A stretch of DNA of 63,851 nt, filler included. It is 4 parts of 4 records of this genome, joined end to end, with 100 filler letters (N's around TTAATTAATTAA, not from the genome) between each part and the next. Parts side by side here need not be neighbours in the genome. Positions count along the whole stretch, not along the records: positions 57,616 to 63,851 come from SRR20825006_487; 3 more parts are not named here. The stretch is one strand, 5' to 3'. The stretch's first letter is position 1. Every line of letters begins with the position of its first letter. Shown piece by piece: positions 59,540-63,851 of the stretch. A program made the translations under genes and the position numbers. The notes beneath the pieces were generated by a model. The model was not told where the DNA came from, searched no databases, and saw only the letters and a list, made by a program, of their open reading frames with translations.

Positions 59540-60007
59540 ATGAACAAGCCAGTCAACGTGCATGGGACGGGTCTCGTCCTGGGGGAATTGGGCGTTTTGC
59601 TGCGCGGGCCGTCCGGCGCCGGCAAATCGGTGCTGTCCATGGCGCTGCTCGACCGTTGGGAGGGGCGCGGGCAGCCCGCTTTCCTGGTGGCCGACGACCG
59701 TGTCGATATTGCCGATGAAGGCAGCCGCCTCGTCATGCTCGCGCCACCGCAACTGGCGGGCCTGATCGAATTGCGCGGCCGGGGCATTGTTTCACGCCCG
59801 CATCGCGAATGGGCGCAATTGCATCTGGTGATTGATCTGGTGCCCGATTTGACGCGCATGGTCGAGGAAGAGGATCTGCAGACCGAGATGTTCGGCCATA
59901 CCCTGCCGCGCGCCCCGGTGCCCCAGGCTGGCGTGGTGGGTCTGGGCCATCAGATGCTGCTCGTGGCGGAAGCTGCCGCACAAGCTGTTCAACAAGCCGC
60001 ACCGTGA
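59540..60007 (+). CDS. hprK: HPr kinase/phosphorylase (short alphaproteobacterial form)
   Basis: GPSGAGKS, LVADDRV, GLIELRGRGI. Confidence 0.9.
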   Translation: MNKPVNVHGTGLVLGELGVLLRGPSGAGKSVLSMALLDRWEGRGQPAFLVADDRVDIADEGSRLVMLAPPQLAGLIELRGRGIVSRPHREWAQLHLVIDLVPDLTRMVEEEDLQTEMFGHTLPRAPVPQAGVVGLGHQMLLVAEAAAQAVQQAAP

Positions 60008-60143
60008 CAAATTATCCCTTGCAACCATTTGGGATGGGGACAAGACTGTGCCCCGTTTGCGGGGTGGCACCAGGCGTCCCGGAAAATGGGGGGCTCAAGA
60101 GCTGTCGCGGTGAAGTTCTGCGGCGGCCGTTTGGGGAAAGTGC

Positions 60144-60542
60144 ATGATTGGATTGGTTCTGGTGACCCACGGCGCGCTGGCCGATGAGTTCAAGCTGGCG
60201 ATGGAGCATGTGGTCGGTCCACAGGAATATGTGGAAACCATCGCCATTGGCCCCGAAGACAATGCTGAAAGCCGGCGCGACGACATTCTGGCCGCGCTCG
60301 GGCGGGCCGATACCGGCGACGGCGTCATCATCCTCACCGACATGTTCGGCGGTACCCCGTCCAATCTCGCCATTTCGGTGATGCAGAACCACAAGGTGGA
60401 AGTGATCGCCGGGGTGAACCTGCCCATGCTGGTCAAGCTCGGCCGCATTCGCGGCGAAATGACCATGGAAGAGGCTGTCGCCATGGCTCAGGAAGCGGGC
60501 AAGAAATATATCACCGTCGCCAATACCATCCTGGGTAGCTGA
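60144..60542 (+). CDS. manX: PTS EIIA, mannose type
   Basis: LVTHG, DMFGGTPSN, GVNLPML. Confidence 0.92.
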   Translation: MIGLVLVTHGALADEFKLAMEHVVGPQEYVETIAIGPEDNAESRRDDILAALGRADTGDGVIILTDMFGGTPSNLAISVMQNHKVEVIAGVNLPMLVKLGRIRGEMTMEEAVAMAQEAGKKYITVANTILGS

Positions 60543-60546
60543 GCTG

Positions 60547-60846
60547 ATGGATGCCGACAGGGCGGTCGCCCAGCAATTGACCATCGTCAATACCAAGGGT
60601 TTGCATGCCCGCGCTTCGGCGCGCTTCGTGCGCACTGCCGAATGCTTCGACGCCACCATTGCCGTGGTCAAGGACGGCACCTCGGTGGCCGGCAATTCCA
60701 TCATGGGCCTGATGATGCTCGGCGCCGGTCCCGGTTCGACCATTCTGGTGCAGGCCAGCGGCAAGCAGGCCCGCGAAGCGCTCGAGGCCATTGTCGAATT
60801 GGTCAATAATGGCTTTGACGAGGATGTGGACGGGGCCGAGGTTTGA
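60547..60846 (+). CDS. ptsH: Phosphocarrier protein HPr/NPr
   Basis: GLHARAS, SIMGLMML. Confidence 0.93.
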   Translation: MDADRAVAQQLTIVNTKGLHARASARFVRTAECFDATIAVVKDGTSVAGNSIMGLMMLGAGPGSTILVQASGKQAREALEAIVELVNNGFDEDVDGAEV

Positions 60847-61376
60847 GCGAGGCGGTTGCCCTCTCCGATTATGATCCGGCCTGGGCCACTTCATTCTCCG
60901 ATGAGCGTGTCCAGCTTCACGCCTGCCTGGCCGAAACGCCTCTTGCCATTGAGCATATTGGCTCGACCGCAATTCCGGGTCTCTGTTCCAAGCCAATCAT
61001 CGACATTTTGATCCATGTCGAAAACAGGGCGCGCGCCGAAGCCGCCATACCGGCGCTGGAAGCGCTCGGCTACCTCAATGTGCCCAACTATGTTGATCCA
61101 AATCGTCTGGTGCTGATCAAGCGTCGGGCTGATGGAGTACGCAGCCATCACCTTCATGTGCACAGCGATGCTGACGAAGTCCGGCGCCACCTGATGTTCA
61201 GGGACCGGCTGCGCGATGATGCAGGCGTCCGCGAGGCCTATGCTGCACTCAAGAAAGATCTGGCAGTGCGCTTCCGGGATGACCGCGCCGCCTATTCCAA
61301 ACACAAGACGGCGTTTGTCGATGAGATCGTCCTTGGCATGGGCGGTCCCGCGCGTAAGACACCTTGGAACCCCTGA
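60843..61376 (+). CDS. GrpB / UPF0157 family protein
   Basis: YDPAW, EHIGSTAIPGL.SKPIIDI, HHLHV, FRDRLR, YAALK. Confidence 0.9.
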   Translation: MSEAVALSDYDPAWATSFSDERVQLHACLAETPLAIEHIGSTAIPGLCSKPIIDILIHVENRARAEAAIPALEALGYLNVPNYVDPNRLVLIKRRADGVRSHHLHVHSDADEVRRHLMFRDRLRDDAGVREAYAALKKDLAVRFRDDRAAYSKHKTAFVDEIVLGMGGPARKTPWNP

Positions 61377-61432
61377 CTCTTTTCTGCCATTTCAACTGGG
61401 CATAAAGCAGTGTCAGGCATGAGGGGGCAGAT

Positions 61433-61933
61433 GTGCTCAGACGATTGATCGCCGGTATTGGCGGCCTGGCTCTGGCCACCACGCTCAGCCAGTTTCCCGA
61501 ATATGCCCAGCAATATACCCAGCGCCTTGGCGGCGCGGTGGATGAGTTGCGCGTCATCACCGAGGAGTTTGACCGCGCCGCCGAGGCGGGCGGGCTCGAC
61601 CGGCAAGCGGCGCTGGCGCGCTACAATGCGTCCAATGACGATTTTCTGGCCGGGCGCGGCAATTCGATGACGGCGACCTTCCAGCGCTATGACATGCTCT
61701 CGTCCACGCTGGACCGCATCGAAGGCGCGGGGCCGGTGGAGCGGCTGCAATCCCTGCCGGCCTATCTCGACACCGATATCGGCCGCCGCACGCTTGAAAA
61801 CTACAAGCCCGCCATCCCCGTCACCATGGAGGGCGTGCTCTATGCCGGCGGCGGTTTCATCCTGGGCTATCTTATCCTGTCGGGTCTGGCCCGGCTCCTC
61901 GGCATGCCATTCCGGCGACGGGGACGCATCTGA
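61433..61933 (+). CDS. DUF2937 family protein
   Basis: SQFPEYAQQYTQRLGGAVDEL. Confidence 0.85.
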   Translation: MLRRLIAGIGGLALATTLSQFPEYAQQYTQRLGGAVDELRVITEEFDRAAEAGGLDRQAALARYNASNDDFLAGRGNSMTATFQRYDMLSSTLDRIEGAGPVERLQSLPAYLDTDIGRRTLENYKPAIPVTMEGVLYAGGGFILGYLILSGLARLLGMPFRRRGRI

Positions 61934-61958
61934 CAATGTCGATTCTATAAGGTTTTGG

Positions 61959-62945
61959 TCATGTGTGGATCTTCGTCAGTTTGTGCTTCGTTTCAAAATG
62001 CCGCTTTAAAGTAGCGAAATACTCAGGCGGTGGTGGCGTGCGCTCTACTACTTTACAAATTTCAGCGCCGACCCCGGTCAAAAGGAGGCCGGCGATCCGA
62101 ATATCCCTTTGACCGTTTGGTGCCTCAATTGGCATGAACTTAACAAACCGGGCGCCGACAAAGCCAGGCGCCTGCGTGAAAACGATCTCTGCGATTGTCC
62201 GGTTGGTGTTCAGATCGTGATTGAGAAATCCGCATTGCTGAAGTCGGGAGAGGTTGTCGTAGTTTAGACCGAAATTTGCTAGCCCATTGCTTCCCGGAGA
62301 GAGACCCGCAGTAAAAAGCTGAGGTGACAACACTTCGAAATGTGATGCGAAGGCCATTGAGACGTAAATAGAGATCAGTTTGGCTTCCGCCGCGCTTAGT
62401 GTGGTCAGAGCTCTTAGTGTAGCCGGTGAGAAAGTTCCCGGTTTCAATATTTCTCCAGACAGAATGCGCGCAAATGTATGCTTCATACGTTCTGAAGAAA
62501 ATCCTTTTGCTGCGTGCTCGAATTGGTAAAGCCAGTCATCCTCCAGTGCCCCCGATTCGAAGTCACTATCAGTTTTCGTGCTCAAATCTTCGGTCACGAT
62601 TTCAGCAATGGCATCCAGGTTGGATTGTTCTTTTAGCAGTCGATCCGCTTCCCGTCGAAAAACTCTTTCGAATTCTGGATCTGCGGCGGCGATACCGTCC
62701 GATATTCTGTTTGCGACAGCGGCAGAAATAGTATCTTTGGCACGATTTTCTATAATGGTTTGAGATAGATTGTTCGAGTACTTTGATGCCTTGCCTACAA
62801 TGTGCCCGACGCCTTTTATTAGACGGGTGGCATTTTGTGGATTAAGAGCGGCAAGCCATCCACTGTTCTGCTGCTCCTTTCGCGCTATTGGCGAAGGAAG
62901 GTTATTGTCACCAGCTTTGTCACTATTGTTTTCGGTCAATTTCAA
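61959..62945 (-). CDS. DUF2806-like protein
   Basis: EQSNL, DDWL..F, FARILSGEILKPGTFS..TL..L..LS..EA. Confidence 0.75.
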   Translation of the reverse strand: MKLTENNSDKAGDNNLPSPIARKEQQNSGWLAALNPQNATRLIKGVGHIVGKASKYSNNLSQTIIENRAKDTISAAVANRISDGIAAADPEFERVFRREADRLLKEQSNLDAIAEIVTEDLSTKTDSDFESGALEDDWLYQFEHAAKGFSSERMKHTFARILSGEILKPGTFSPATLRALTTLSAAEAKLISIYVSMAFASHFEVLSPQLFTAGLSPGSNGLANFGLNYDNLSRLQQCGFLNHDLNTNRTIAEIVFTQAPGFVGARFVKFMPIEAPNGQRDIRIAGLLLTGVGAEICKVVERTPPPPEYFATLKRHFETKHKLTKIHT

Positions 62946-63089
62946 AGCACCTTAGGATTGTACGGGGCGATTCGAATTGCAATTTTGCAGCACCTTTTGG
63001 CCAAGAAGCATAGCTCTTGAGGTGCTTTAGTCGTGGCAACCATATCACCAAGAATCATCCACTCGGTCATATTCGCCCTTTCGACCATC

Positions 63090-63109
63090 ATATAAACAAA
63101 TCTTTATGT
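63090..63109. promoter_or_regulatory. SahR-like operator upstream of ahcY
   Basis: ATATAAACAAATCTTTATGT, an imperfect palindrome resembling ATATAAAG-N4-CTTTATAT. Confidence 0.65.
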
Positions 63110-63179
63110 CCGTCATTGATCGGTAACACCCCCTCCCGTATAGGAGAGCCAAGACATTGATCCATTCTGGAGCCGACCC

Positions 63180-63851
63180 ATGACCAAGAGCCCGACCGAT
63201 TACGCGGTCCGAGACATTTCCCTGGCCGATTACGGCCGCAAGGAAATCAGCATCGCCGAAATCGAAATGCCGGGCCTGATGGCCATCCGCGAGGAATATG
63301 CCGCCGCCCAGCCCTTGAAGGGCGCGCGCATTGCCGGCTCGCTGCATATGACCATCCAGACGGCCGTTCTGATCGAGACGCTGGTGGCGCTGGGCGCCGA
63401 CGTGCGCTGGGTCAGCTGCAATATCTTTTCGACCCAGGACCATGCCGCTGCGGCCATTGCCGCCGCCGGCATCCCGGTCTTTGCCCATAAGGGCGAGAGC
63501 CTGGAAGAATACTGGGCCTTCACCGACCGCATGATGGAATGGGGCGATGGCGGCACGCCCAACCTCATTCTCGACGATGGCGGCGACGCCACCATGCTGG
63601 TTCTTACGGGCGCCAAGGCCGAGACCGATCCGTCCATTCTCGACAAGCCGGGCAATGAGGAAGAGGAAATCTTCTTTGCTACCATCAAGAAGCGCCTGGC
63701 CACGCACCCCAATTTCTATTCGACCATTCGCGCTGCCATCCGCGGTGTATCGGAGGAAACCACCACGGGCGTGATGCGCCTTTATCAGCTCCACGCCAAG
63801 GGCGAGCTGCCCTTCCCGGCCATCAACGTCAATGACTCGGTGACCAAGTCG
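63180..63851 (+). CDS. ahcY: Adenosylhomocysteinase (3'-truncated)
   Basis: [55 protein letters not shown]. Confidence 0.97.
   Translation, partial: MTKSPTDYAVRDISLADYGRKEISIAEIEMPGLMAIREEYAAAQPLKGARIAGSLHMTIQTAVLIETLVALGADVRWVSCNIFSTQDHAAAAIAAAGIPVFAHKGESLEEYWAFTDRMMEWGDGGTPNLILDDGGDATMLVLTGAKAETDPSILDKPGNEEEEIFFATIKKRLATHPNFYSTIRAAIRGVSEETTTGVMRLYQLHAKGELPFPAINVNDSVTKS

Overview
The window is not one locus. It is four unrelated fragments joined by three artificial 100-bp spacers (N-run + TTAATTAATTAA + N-run) at 14067-14166, 36622-36721 and 57516-57615, and most junctions cut through a tRNA. (1) 1-14066 is an alphaproteobacterial (Hyphomonadaceae-like, inferred) housekeeping region: purL, bolA, ACE-like M2 peptidase, grxD, rimO, ppk2, rpsD. 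(2) 14167-36621 is a second alphaproteobacterial region: OmpA, S10 peptidase, queC/queE/queF, hspQ, sseA-metC, a cupredoxin-EAL-outer-membrane operon, pepF, aspC. (3) 36722-57515 is the arm of a lambdoid prophage, probably from a gammaproteobacterium, next to a tRNA-Val-like 3' end. It carries portal, terminases, lysis genes, Q, replication genes, a c4-type antisense module, cro/cI with 17-bp operators, csrA, xis and int. (4) 57616-63851 is a Rhizobiales (Devosia-like, inferred) chvI-chvG-hprK-EIIA-HPr-ahcY region. The main discovery is a complete, compact integron inside the prophage early operon, between xis and int: an IntI-family integrase (55126-56094), an attI position (~55081) and four cassettes with canonical attC sites on the minus strand. 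Every cassette gene is inverted relative to its attC, so all are read in the direction of the phage early transcript. Two attC sites also encode the RBS, start codon and N-terminus of their gene, in one case a lipoprotein signal peptide. Family assignments come from motif recognition by eye; no database searches were run.
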